A DNA stretch of 54,804 nt, the filler included, from Stramenopiles sp. TOSAG23-2 (taxonomy: Eukaryota), in NCBI GenBank assembly GCA_900128395.1. It is 3 parts of 3 records of this genome, joined end to end, with 100 filler letters (N's around TTAATTAATTAA, not from the genome) between each part and the next. Parts side by side here need not be neighbours in the genome. Positions count along the whole stretch, not along the records: positions 1 to 18,208 come from LT649613.1; 2 more parts are not named here. One strand, written 5' to 3'. The translations under genes were made by a program, and so were the position numbers. Shown piece after piece: positions 1 through 10,445 of this stretch; the first letter of the stretch is position 1, and each line of letters starts with the position of its first letter. The notes beneath the pieces are model-generated. The model searched no databases and was not told where the DNA came from. It saw nothing but the letters and a program-made list of their open reading frames with translations.

Positions 1-1
1 T

Positions 2-1738
2 GAACAATTGCAATATCCATGGGGTGGACCAGATTTAATCATCCACCTTGGCGGCCAGGTGGATCCTAGAAATACTTTTCAAGATGCCATTAACGTATTA
101 AGGCGAGAAGGCGAAGCGGCCGTAATGGAAGAAAAGGCATTGGATATTATACGCAATGCATATCGCTTTGCATGGAACTTGCCACATACAAAAGAATCGT
201 TAGCATCATGTTCAAATTTAATGATCTGGTCTGACTTGGACTTGGCAGAAGGTTTTACATGGCCATCTGGTGGTCCCGCGTTAGGAAGTGAAAATGCTAC
301 ATGGGGACCAACAATCTTGCGTTTGTGTCGGAGGGCATACAGGGAATATCAAAGACAACTTTGGGATCCAGAAATGACAGCAGAATGGGAACCAAAGGAA
401 GGATCAAACGGAGTCTCCGAACGTTTTAGTATAATGTGGGGCAATATTGGAATAGTCTTTTTAGATATGAGAGGAGCAAGGTTAGGCGCTAGCGGTAACA
501 TTTTACATAAATCAAAATCACTACTGAGCGAGCAACATTGGAGAGAAATAGTGGCTACTTTAGCATCGCCTCGTTTAAAAGCACTTGTTGTTTGCTGTGA
601 ATTTCCATATGTAGATGAGTCGCCAGAAGATGCTTCTATCAAAGGTTTGCACCCTTCAAAAGCATGTTTGCGCGATCAATGGTCATATAATCAAACTGAT
701 TTAATGCGTTTACTTGATACATTATTTGCCTGGAAAAACGATGGTAAGAAAGGTGCAAGAGATGTCGTTTTAATGGCTGGTGGGCTTAGATCGGGTACCA
801 ACACAATCATTAGAGATGGGTTGACGGGATTGACTATTCGACAAGTTATCCCACCGCCTATATCCGCAAAAGCTGATGACTTTGAAGCTGAGTTGAAAGG
901 TAGGCTTGATACTGAAGATAGAATGACATATACGCATCGACCTGTAACAGGCCGTGGCTTTGGAATATTGCAAATGAAGGTGGAGGAGCTAGTGAAGAAA
1001 AAAACAATTGAGGAACAGGCGTTGGAAGAATTAAAGGAGCTAGAGGAGGAAAAAGAAGGGGAAGATGGTGAAAGAGATGAAAAAAAAGAGGATATAACAA
1101 CAGATGGTAGTAAAAATAAAGGTGGCGATGATGACGACAATACGGAAGGCGTGGATGACTTTATGAGCGAGGATGATCTGAAGGGAAAGATTGATGTGAA
1201 TTTATGGTCCGTCAATTTACGAAAAGGTAGTATGAATTTAGGTGCAAAATTGACACGAATACCGACCTGGCTTCGTCGCACTGTCGAAATGGCAATGGAA
1301 CGCGATAATGTGGAGGAAGATGAAGAGGAAGAGGAAGAAGTAAATGTAGATATAGATGAAGATACACCACATGGTGGATTGATGCTAGGCAAGACAATAT
1401 CTGCCGCTCGTAGAAATTTATCTGCGCTTTCTGGGCAAGACATGTTTAAGAACAATGCCATGCGTATTTATGAGCGTTTTTCAGCGAAAGGCAATGGCGT
1501 ACCAAAAGATTCAATGTTAGAAGCAGCAAGATATTTATTTTATGAAAAAGTTGGGCCAGAAGTACGTAGTATTGTGCCATCTCCAGACGACGATTTGTCT
1601 ACTGGTACTATTATTTATTTGGCATTATCATATGTTTTAATTGATCATAAAGCAAAGGTAATCCCAAGAGAAAAATTCACTGGCTTTATGAAAGATACGT
1701 TAGAGACTATGTTGATTATAAGAAAGGAGGTGTTGTAA
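2..1738 (+). CDS. 5'-truncated PhoD-like (metallophosphatase fold) protein with degenerate catalytic motifs, acidic linker and C-terminal helical/EF-hand-like region
   Basis: Frame is open to the window edge. Motif order HLGGQVD / MIWSDLD / FLDMRG / LLSEQHW / VLMAGGLR parallels PhoD GDQxY / MIWDDHD / LDxR / LGxxQW / LSGDVH. Confidence 0.6.
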   Translation, partial: EQLQYPWGGPDLIIHLGGQVDPRNTFQDAINVLRREGEAAVMEEKALDIIRNAYRFAWNLPHTKESLASCSNLMIWSDLDLAEGFTWPSGGPALGSENATWGPTILRLCRRAYREYQRQLWDPEMTAEWEPKEGSNGVSERFSIMWGNIGIVFLDMRGARLGASGNILHKSKSLLSEQHWREIVATLASPRLKALVVCCEFPYVDESPEDASIKGLHPSKACLRDQWSYNQTDLMRLLDTLFAWKNDGKKGARDVVLMAGGLRSGTNTIIRDGLTGLTIRQVIPPPISAKADDFEAELKGRLDTEDRMTYTHRPVTGRGFGILQMKVEELVKKKTIEEQALEELKELEEEKEGEDGERDEKKEDITTDGSKNKGGDDDDNTEGVDDFMSEDDLKGKIDVNLWSVNLRKGSMNLGAKLTRIPTWLRRTVEMAMERDNVEEDEEEEEEVNVDIDEDTPHGGLMLGKTISAARRNLSALSGQDMFKNNAMRIYERFSAKGNGVPKDSMLEAARYLFYEKVGPEVRSIVPSPDDDLSTGTIIYLALSYVLIDHKAKVIPREKFTGFMKDTLETMLIIRKEVL

Positions 1739-2096
1739 AATTTTAAAAACTGAAGTGTACGAGTCGTAATAATACACGAAGTATATATCTCGTTCGTACA
1801 TGTGTGACGATTTCTTATATTATATGATGAGTAGTATTTACCACGGGAACTAAAATTATTACGAAGTATAAACTTAGATTTTAACCATCATATTTATACT
1901 CGTATTATAAAATATTATACGAAGTTCGTGTAGGATACTCGTATGTACGTATGAAGAGAAAAATTTCAATAGACACATCATACGATTAGGCAATATTTCT
2001 TACACGCTACACACTTCCTCGTTTAAATTGAAATTTTTTATATATTTTAATATATTACGAACTCTTCGTGTATTCCTACTGCGCCCAATTCTTCCC

Positions 2097-2101
2097 AGAG
2101 A

Positions 2102-2143
<42 letters not shown>

Positions 2144-2222
2144 AAAATCGTAATACGTATCAAAACTCTCCTCTGTCTAAAATCGTAATATTAAAACTCT
2201 CCTCTGTCTCTCTCTCTCTCTC
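2097..2222. repeat. (GA)n microsatellite, about 35-bp imperfect tandem duplication, and (CT)n tract between convergent genes
   Basis: gagaga run at 2097-2141, two copies of ctaaaatcgtaata...aaaactctcctctgtct, and a tctctc run ending at 2222. Confidence 0.9.
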
Positions 2223-2236
2223 TTATAAAAGCTGGT

Positions 2237-4177
2237 TTAGAAATCTCGCATCTTCTCAAACTCAAGACCAATATCATCAACTACTTTCTGAAATATCGCA
2301 ACATTCTCTTCCTCTGACCATTCCCTAATTTCATCTTCGTCGCGAAATTCAAATTCTTCCGGAGGCAATCCATGCATTTGTTTATTCATTGCTGACATGC
2401 GTTTTAATATTCCCCCTTTGCCATCTTTCCCACCAAAACGTATACGTATTGCTTTCCAGGTTACTGCATTTTCCGTGCCACGCGTATCTTCAATAATACT
2501 TTTTGCACCTTCATAAAATGTAACGAGTGCACGCATCATGTAAATTGTTTTATATAAAGGACAATTAAAATCATATGCTGTAAATGCATTTTGTTGTAAA
2601 AAATCTTCACGAATCAGTCTTGATACTTCTAATATAAGTTTCTGATCATCAGAAAGTGAATCTTTACCAACAAGCTGAACGATTTCTGCTAATGATGTTT
2701 CCTCAGACAAGAGACTACGAATCTGTGCTCTTAAATTGGTATATTCAGAATCGATTTTGTTCATAGGTTCTTCTAAAACACGCATGTACTTTGAATAACT
2801 TATGGTCCAATTGACGGACGGAAAATGCTTTCTTTGTGCTAATTTTTTATCCAAACCCCAAAAAACTTGAACGATACTTAACGTTGCCGCTGTAACAGGA
2901 TCTGAAAAATCACCACCTGGTGGTGATACAGCACCAACAACAGTAACACTTCCTTCCCTGGCAGTCGGCCCTCCTAAACATCGGCATCTTCCCGCACGCT
3001 CATAAAATGCAGCAAGGCGAGCGGATAAATAAGCGGGGTAACCACTATCAGCAGGCATTTCCCCTAAACGACCAGAAATTTCCCGCAATGCCTCAGCCCA
3101 ACGAGACGTGGAATCAGCCATCATAGCCATATTGTATCCCATATCACGGTAATATTCTGCCAATGTAATCCCTGTATAAATCGATGCTTCACGGGCAGCT
3201 ACAGGCATATTACTAGTATTTGCTACTAGACATGTACGATTCATAACAGGAACATTTTTACCATCCACATTAATTGTTAATTCAGGGAAATCATTTAATA
3301 CCTCTGCCATTTCATTGCCACGTTCACCACAACCAACATAAATGATACCATTTGTATTTGCATATTTTGATAATGCTTGACTAATAACGGTTTTCCCGCA
3401 ACCGAATGCCCCTGGAACGGCACATGTGCCGCCAAGAACTGATGGGAACAATCCATCAATAACCCGTTGCCCTGTAATTAATGGTTCACAACCAGCTAAT
3501 TTCTCAGCAACTGGTCTTGGTTTACGTACTGGCCAAAAATGAGATAATCTCAATTCATGCTTTGTTCCACGGGCATCATCTTCTACTTCAGCAATAGTTT
3601 CCCGAACCGTAAATGTCTCATTTCCATCTGTATCCCTACCATATAATTTAACAATACGCCCAGAAACATTTGGTGGGCACATAATATAATGTTTTTTCAA
3701 TAAATCATTTTCTTCAACAAAACCTAAGATATCACCACCAGAAATGGGATCCCCAACTTTTAAGCTGGTTTCTTGTTTGAACAACCATTTTTTCTTTGAA
3801 TCCAAAGAATCTACCACAACACCACGTGGGATGAACACATCCTGTGCAAGCTCGCAAATATCTTTTAAAGGCCTTTGGATACCATCGAAAATATTATTCA
3901 TAATTCCAGGACCAAGTTCCACTGATAAAGGCTTTCGTGTTCTTTCTACTGGATCACCTAAACTTAAACCAGAGGTATCTTCATAAACTTGTATAGATGC
4001 AGTTGTGCCATCCAATTTAATCACTTCTCCCACTAACTTTTCTAATCCAACACGAACTAATTCATACATCTCTGCACCACTCATATTTTTTGCAACAACT
4101 AATGGGCCAGCAACTTTATGTATAAAGCCATAGTCCGATTCTTTCTCCGAGCGAAAATCATTCATAATCGAAGCCAT
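2237..4177 (-). CDS. ATP6V1A: V-type H+-ATPase catalytic subunit A
   Basis: GAFGCGKT Walker [45 protein letters not shown] and [10 protein letters not shown]. Intronless, no intein. Confidence 0.98.
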   Translation of the reverse strand: MASIMNDFRSEKESDYGFIHKVAGPLVVAKNMSGAEMYELVRVGLEKLVGEVIKLDGTTASIQVYEDTSGLSLGDPVERTRKPLSVELGPGIMNNIFDGIQRPLKDICELAQDVFIPRGVVVDSLDSKKKWLFKQETSLKVGDPISGGDILGFVEENDLLKKHYIMCPPNVSGRIVKLYGRDTDGNETFTVRETIAEVEDDARGTKHELRLSHFWPVRKPRPVAEKLAGCEPLITGQRVIDGLFPSVLGGTCAVPGAFGCGKTVISQALSKYANTNGIIYVGCGERGNEMAEVLNDFPELTINVDGKNVPVMNRTCLVANTSNMPVAAREASIYTGITLAEYYRDMGYNMAMMADSTSRWAEALREISGRLGEMPADSGYPAYLSARLAAFYERAGRCRCLGGPTAREGSVTVVGAVSPPGGDFSDPVTAATLSIVQVFWGLDKKLAQRKHFPSVNWTISYSKYMRVLEEPMNKIDSEYTNLRAQIRSLLSEETSLAEIVQLVGKDSLSDDQKLILEVSRLIREDFLQQNAFTAYDFNCPLYKTIYMMRALVTFYEGAKSIIEDTRGTENAVTWKAIRIRFGGKDGKGGILKRMSAMNKQMHGLPPEEFEFRDEDEIREWSEEENVAIFQKVVDDIGLEFEKMRDF

Positions 4178-5426
4178 TTTTTAATTATTATATTTATTAA
4201 CTCTTCTTTAAATATAGATATACCCTAATTAATATGTATATATATGTCGAATTCTTCTTTATATGTGCGTGTGTGTGTGTATATATATATATATATATGT
4301 ATATCACCGTATATATGAATATGTATAAGTCTACGACTGTATTCTTATATTATCATTGTATAATATCTATGACATTTTGATGATTGTATCTATTCTATCT
4401 ATATATTCTATTGGATATTATAAGATATTATAGATTGATGGTGGTTGGTTGCTATTTATATGGTAATTTGCCAATCAGGAAAAATATCAATGTTCTCTTA
4501 GAACTTTTCTTAGTTGTAATAGCCGTCTACATCTATACTATTGGTGTTTTTTTACCTATCACGAATGATAGCAACCTGCGATACTAAAAAAAGTGAGGTT
4601 TGATTTTTTGAAGATTATTATTTAGATTGTTAGTCGAGCTTTCGAGGCGGTAGCTACAATGCTCACAGTATTGTTTTCACCGCTTTGCTAGGCAGGCAAC
4701 AGATTCCACTACTTTCCTTTTGTAGTGTCTGTATAAAAAAAAAATAAGAACGAAAAAAATTAAAATCTCTGCTGCATGTAAGCATACACACTATTAAATA
4801 TAATGCTGTGAATATGCTATTTACAAAAATACAAAACATACCTTTAATTTTTAAAATATCCGAAAATTAGGTTTAAAAAAACCGGTATACTCAAGTATAC
4901 AAAATACCATTATCAAGTGCTATCTAGTAATTCTAGCGAAGAGGTATATGAAATAGCAGGTAATTAAATTTCAATTGATTGCCCCTTAACAATAACTTAA
5001 CAATAACATTACCTTTTACACGTTGCGAAGCCCTACAAAATACTATGGATTTTTATTTAGTGCTTTATGTTAAATTATTTCGTTTTCGATCTTTTAAAAA
5101 TTAATACAAGAACAACACAGCATGGGAAAACAATATAATAAGAGGCTGTAGCATCAAAATACTATTATAACGAAGTGGAGGATTTTCCTTTTTTTTTGAA
5201 CTGAAAGTGGGGGGGAAGGCATAGAAAATAATTCCATGTTATTATCGACACAACATATAAATAATTATTATTATATTGGTTATTGAACAAAACATATTGA
5301 TAGATTGATAATAGTATTGATCATTCTCATTATACATACAGATTCATACATTGTAGTTGTCCTTTATTTGAGAGAGAGTGAAACTATATAGCTTACAGAT
5401 TATAGAGAGCAAACGTTAGAGACACC

Positions 5427-8400
5427 ATGGGAATGTATTACAAACGTGGTTTCAATGCACTTGCTTTCGTTGCATTAACGTTGGTTATAGCATCAGTGTT
5501 AAGCATAAGCAGTGCACAACATCATAGCAACCTAATCTATACGACGAAAGGGCAGCATAATATTGATAAAAATAATAAAACTGGTAGCACAGGTGCTGCT
5601 GGATTGATAGGATGGTTCAAAAGCTTACATCATAAAGTAGTTGGACAAAAAGTTAGTGTAAATTTATTTGGAAAGTCTGGTGGTACAGGCGTTGGAGATG
5701 GTGTACTTAAATCTGTATCAAAAAAAGAAATTGTGGTTGAATATCCAAAAGCACCAGCAGCCACTTTACCAGCAACAGGCCCAACCGGTCCAGGAACGAC
5801 TGGCCCAACTGGTTTAACTGGGCCTACTGGTACTGATTTTACTGGTATGTTCGCCACTGCAATGACTGGGGCTACAGGTATTAGCGGTTTAGAAGCAGCA
5901 ACGGGTATTAACTTGCCATGTAAAGATGGAAAAACAAAAACTAAAGATATATTTGAGGACGTCAATGACCCAAAAATTGTTCGTCTTGGCTCCCCAACGT
6001 TTAAAATTATGAGTGATTTAAAATTTTTGGCTGAACGCGTAACATATACCATCAATCGTAATAAAAAGATGCTATCTCGGAAGAAAGATATATGTGCCGC
6101 TCGTGCAGATGCTATCGACAATGAAATGAAGCGTGAAACGAACTTAATCGAGACAACTATTGGACGGGAGGAACAAGCACGCAGTAAAGGCAAACACGTT
6201 GTCAGCGAATACAACGAAGAGACCCCTATCATAGCTGAGATGAACAAGGCACATAACGAGGCAATAAGTGCGCATGGTATGACTGTCAGTCACTTGAATT
6301 ACGAGTTAAAGGTAATGAAAACTGCACTTGATAAAATTAAACGCGCAAAAGCGTCTGTTTCATCAAAAAAATCTACTAGCACGGAGGCTATGACTCAATT
6401 TTTAGAAATGGTCGAAGAAAGAAAGTCAAACATACGCAGTCGGGTACGCGATGATGACGTCGATGATGAGAAAGTAACTGATATGTTTGAAAGTTTAGCT
6501 GGTGGACCTAAAGCAGTTGAAGTTCCTAACGTTCCAAAACAACAAGCAAATATTAAAAGCTTAAACGAAAAAGAAGATAAAGAAGAGGAGGAGGAAAAAG
6601 ACGAGGAAGTGGTAAAACCAGCTAAGCAAATATTGAAAAAGACGAGAAAAACAGCCGCAACTGGTCCAACTGGCTCTGGTGAAACTGGTTCAACCGGTGG
6701 AAGCAGTGGTACGGGTAGTCTTGCCGCTACTGCAGCTGCTGATTTAGATGCAACTGCGCCAACTGGTATTGTATCTGCAGCTTCCGTTGCTGGCGACGCA
6801 TTGGCTGAGGAAACTGGTGGATCTGATGAGGAAACTGCCGAAGGTTCTATTAGTACTGGAGGTACTGGTGCTGGTGCAGAAACCGGTTCAGCGAAGACTG
6901 GAGCAACTGGTCCAATCGAAGAAACTGGTGCAGAAACCGGCACAGCAGAAACTGGAACAACAGGTGCAAGCGAAAAAACTGGTGCAACTGGTGTTGGTAC
7001 TGGCTCAACTGGTGTTGGGACTGGCTCAACTGGTGTTGGGACTGGCTCAACTGGTGTTGGGACTGGCTCAACAGGCTCTGCAACAGGTACAACTAGTGTT
7101 GCTTGTAAAGGACAAGCATGTTGTGAGAAGGGCATGATCTTTAAAGATGGAAGATGTCACATAGCGACACCAAAAGAAATCGAAGAAGCAGCAGAAAAAG
7201 AGGAAGAAAAGGAAGAGGAAAAATCCAATTCCCCAATGCTTACTGTAGAACAACGCCTTGAACATGCTGCAAAACGTGATAAGGGTAGTGAAATGCGCCA
7301 TGAAACCAAAACTCTACGAGAAATGGTTAATACCCATAGTAAAATGCCTGTAGTTAAGAATGACATTGATGCAAACGGTAGTTTGTTATCGAAGACGAAA
7401 AGAGAAAGGCAACTTTTGCGAAAGGTTGCAAGTTTAGAACATTTGTTAAACCATTACACACCAGAGGCAAAGAAATTAGAATTGCATTTGGGAAGGACAG
7501 ACGCATTGCTTTTGCATGCCAACGATGCTGAAGGGAAGGAGCGTCTGGCAAAGGCCAGGGATTTAGCTGGAAAGCAGTTAAAGGAATTGAAAGCCGAGAT
7601 CAAGCATGTAAATAATCTTTTATTTGATGCAAGACGTGCCTTGGACTTTTTGCATGAAAAGCGATCTATTCGTAAAAAATTAAATACAGGGGAGCTTCAC
7701 ATTTTGAAAAGTGTGAGTCCTGTTTTAAATGTTATGGAGGAAAGAATTTTGGGACATATGGAATTATTGCGTCAACATTTAAAGGAAGAAAATACAAATT
7801 TTGAAGAGACCACTAAAATGTTTGAAAGCCAAATGAAACCCTTACTAGGTCCTAGAAAAGAAGAAAAGAAGGAAGTTGAAGGTGTCAATAAAGAAATTCT
7901 TAACCTTAGAAAAATGGTGCGTCGTGTTACTCGAGACCGCGCAGAGGAGGAACGAATTGGCAAAATGGAGATGCTTGAATGTAAGGACGAAATTGTGAAG
8001 ATGACAACACGTGTCGGGACTCTTGATGATATATTAGATCATTTACAAGAAACACAATTACTGGTTGCAAATAAAATTGCAAAATTGCGTTTCAGCTGGC
8101 AACGTTCTTTATACAGATTCAAAGTTGCGACGAAATCTACGAAGATCCTTGGCCCAACTCCATTTGAAGATACACCGGATAAAATCAAGGATGGCAAAAT
8201 GGTAAAAGGCACCACACAACAATTAAAGAATGCTATGAAAACTATGTATAACGAAATCATCCCACCTCAACAAGCACGATTAGTGAACGAGGAATCAATT
8301 CCTAGAGACTCTGTCTTGAGAAATGTTGCAAAATTGGATGCACTGATTTCTGTTGAAGTTGATAGTGGTTTTGAAACTTGGAAAGAAGCTGTAGATGCAC

Positions 8401-10247
8401 GTAACAGATCTTTAGATGGTGCAATCATTGCAAAAAGCAATTTTGAAATTGCAGAAAATGCATTTGCTACTGCTGAATTTGAGCTGAAGGAGGAAACCAA
8501 GGAGTTTATACACATCAGTACTAAATATAGTCGTGTACTTGCTTCAGTAAAGGCTTTGAAGACCAAGATACAACAATTGACCGATGTAAGCGAAAAGCTT
8601 GATGCTGAACGTACTTCGTATGAATTGAAATATTCAAATGCAATTGCGGATCAGGAGGATGCTTTGGAGCAAAGGAAAAAATTGGCTGAAATTCAAGTAA
8701 ATCGTGCGACAAGTTTAGTATCTGATCAAGACGGTGTGATTTCAAATGCTGAGGAAGAAGAAGCAAGAAGTAGAAATACGATGGAGCGTGCAGAAAAACA
8801 ACGAAAGAAATTAGAGGAATTAAAAGCAAAAGCGGAAGGCAAAACGAATGAAGCGAAAGTTGCTCTAAAGAAACGTATTATTGATGCCGATGCATCGGCA
8901 AGATTTGCAGAAGTTGCAAAGGATCATTTGCACAACCTGGCACAAGCAATGTCATTTTTAGAGGTTCGTGAAAATCCAAATAAAGCACTTGCTGATTCTG
9001 AAGGTTTGGATGCTCAATTGAAAAAAATCAATGCAATGGAGGAGAAGGTGCATCCATCATTGAAACAGAAAGCAGCGGCTGGTGTTTCACCAAATGATGA
9101 AGAAAAAGAATTTATAAAAGCTGGTGATAAAGACGACTATTTAAGTGTCGTTTCTGCATTGCAAAACAGCCTAAAAGGTTTGAGCTCATTGAATTCCAAG
9201 ACATTAGCTAAAGTACAAGATAACGTTGAAGATGCGTTGACACAGGCGGAGGAAGACCAAAAGAATGCAAGGAGCGATTTAGCTGATGCTAAAGAAACGG
9301 CATTAACGGCAGAGAAAAGGCGTGCACCATTGTTGAAGGTGTTATCAAAGGCGCAACAGATGTTGAAAAATGTTAATGATATTAAAGTAACACCAAGTAC
9401 TAGGGCTATGTTGAACAAAAAGGCAGCTGACAAAATTGAGAGGCGCGAAGTAGACGTGAAACAACAAATACAACTACTCAACTCGACACTTGGAAATGAG
9501 ACAGTAGCATTAGCTAAAGTAAGAAAATTGTATGATCAACAGAAAAAAGTACATGAAAATGTCACATATATTTTCAACAAGGCAAAGAAGAAGCTTGATT
9601 CCGCTTCGTACAATAAAAAACGTGCTGAAATGGAAGTTATAATTAGGAAAAAAGATTTAGACATTGTTACTGATATGTTTAAGAAAGTATGCGATCGTGA
9701 GGAAGAAAAACCAAATGTTAGAATTACATTAGAACATAAATGTTGTCTTGCTTACGTTGTAGATTGTCCTGGAAATCGAACAAAATTCGTTGGATATACC
9801 AATCCAAAGCCGCAAGTGCCTGTGAATATGAGAGACGATCAGGAAACTCTTGTGAAGTTGAAACGTGAAGTAACACGTCTTCGCTTGATGAAGGAGGGTT
9901 TAAGTGAGGAAACAAAGGAGGCTTTAGCAAAGGCTGCAGCCGCAAATAAGAAAAAGGCCGAAGCTGAAAAAGAAGAAGAAGCAGAAAGCAAAAAATTACA
10001 ATTAGAAAAACAACAAGAAATAGTTAATGAAAATAAAGAGAAAAAAGAGGAGAAATTTAATGCACTAATGAATCCAAACAGTGCGTCAGGTGCTACAGGC
10101 GCTGCTTCAGGTGCTGCTTCAGGTGCTACAGGTAGCGATGAAAAGGAAAAGGAAAAGGATAATAAAGATAGTAAAACGACACTTTTGCAAGTTAGCTCAT
10201 CGAAGCTTCGTGGCAATTCTAAGAATATAAAAAATAGAAAAAAGTGA
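5427..10247 (+). CDS. Large secreted coiled-coil protein with Thr/Gly low-complexity repeats (1606 aa), function unknown
   Basis: N-terminal hydrophobic signal peptide (ALAFVALTLVIASVLSISSA), ATGPTG/TGS/GATG repeats, long heptad-rich helical segments and small Cys clusters. Confidence 0.85.
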   Translation: MGMYYKRGFNALAFVALTLVIASVLSISSAQHHSNLIYTTKGQHNIDKNNKTGSTGAAGLIGWFKSLHHKVVGQKVSVNLFGKSGGTGVGDGVLKSVSKKEIVVEYPKAPAATLPATGPTGPGTTGPTGLTGPTGTDFTGMFATAMTGATGISGLEAATGINLPCKDGKTKTKDIFEDVNDPKIVRLGSPTFKIMSDLKFLAERVTYTINRNKKMLSRKKDICAARADAIDNEMKRETNLIETTIGREEQARSKGKHVVSEYNEETPIIAEMNKAHNEAISAHGMTVSHLNYELKVMKTALDKIKRAKASVSSKKSTSTEAMTQFLEMVEERKSNIRSRVRDDDVDDEKVTDMFESLAGGPKAVEVPNVPKQQANIKSLNEKEDKEEEEEKDEEVVKPAKQILKKTRKTAATGPTGSGETGSTGGSSGTGSLAATAAADLDATAPTGIVSAASVAGDALAEETGGSDEETAEGSISTGGTGAGAETGSAKTGATGPIEETGAETGTAETGTTGASEKTGATGVGTGSTGVGTGSTGVGTGSTGVGTGSTGSATGTTSVACKGQACCEKGMIFKDGRCHIATPKEIEEAAEKEEEKEEEKSNSPMLTVEQRLEHAAKRDKGSEMRHETKTLREMVNTHSKMPVVKNDIDANGSLLSKTKRERQLLRKVASLEHLLNHYTPEAKKLELHLGRTDALLLHANDAEGKERLAKARDLAGKQLKELKAEIKHVNNLLFDARRALDFLHEKRSIRKKLNTGELHILKSVSPVLNVMEERILGHMELLRQHLKEENTNFEETTKMFESQMKPLLGPRKEEKKEVEGVNKEILNLRKMVRRVTRDRAEEERIGKMEMLECKDEIVKMTTRVGTLDDILDHLQETQLLVANKIAKLRFSWQRSLYRFKVATKSTKILGPTPFEDTPDKIKDGKMVKGTTQQLKNAMKTMYNEIIPPQQARLVNEESIPRDSVLRNVAKLDALISVEVDSGFETWKEAVDARNRSLDGAIIAKSNFEIAENAFATAEFELKEETKEFIHISTKYSRVLASVKALKTKIQQLTDVSEKLDAERTSYELKYSNAIADQEDALEQRKKLAEIQVNRATSLVSDQDGVISNAEEEEARSRNTMERAEKQRKKLEELKAKAEGKTNEAKVALKKRIIDADASARFAEVAKDHLHNLAQAMSFLEVRENPNKALADSEGLDAQLKKINAMEEKVHPSLKQKAAAGVSPNDEEKEFIKAGDKDDYLSVVSALQNSLKGLSSLNSKTLAKVQDNVEDALTQAEEDQKNARSDLADAKETALTAEKRRAPLLKVLSKAQQMLKNVNDIKVTPSTRAMLNKKAADKIERREVDVKQQIQLLNSTLGNETVALAKVRKLYDQQKKVHENVTYIFNKAKKKLDSASYNKKRAEMEVIIRKKDLDIVTDMFKKVCDREEEKPNVRITLEHKCCLAYVVDCPGNRTKFVGYTNPKPQVPVNMRDDQETLVKLKREVTRLRLMKEGLSEETKEALAKAAAANKKKAEAEKEEEAESKKLQLEKQQEIVNENKEKKEEKFNALMNPNSASGATGAASGAASGATGSDEKEKEKDNKDSKTTLLQVSSSKLRGNSKNIKNRKK
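6985..7072 (+). repeat. Coding 21-bp tandem repeat, 4 copies (TGVGTGS)
   Basis: caactggtgttgg(t/g)actggct at 6985, 7006, 7027 and 7048. Confidence 0.95.
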
Positions 10248-10445
10248 GAGAGCACATTTAAATTTAAAATATGATACGAACGTACGAAGTATTTTTTATT
10301 TTTACGTGTTATTTTATACGACGTATCACATTGATATGCATATTTTTTATTCTCGTATAATATACGTATATATAATATAATATAATATATTACTCGTAAT
10401 TTTCTTTCTCCCCTTTTTGAAAAACTTCACATATGTTCTTCTTCT

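Noticed and set aside
3315-3345. VMA1-type intein site in V-ATPase A
   Set aside because: [10 protein letters not shown] is contiguous, so there is no intein.
5630-7137. Antisense and shifted ORFs (PVEPVPT repeats) over the secreted protein, and similar ones at 691-1461 and 52521-53006
   Set aside because: Shadows of biased codon usage on the coding strand with no independent domain signal.
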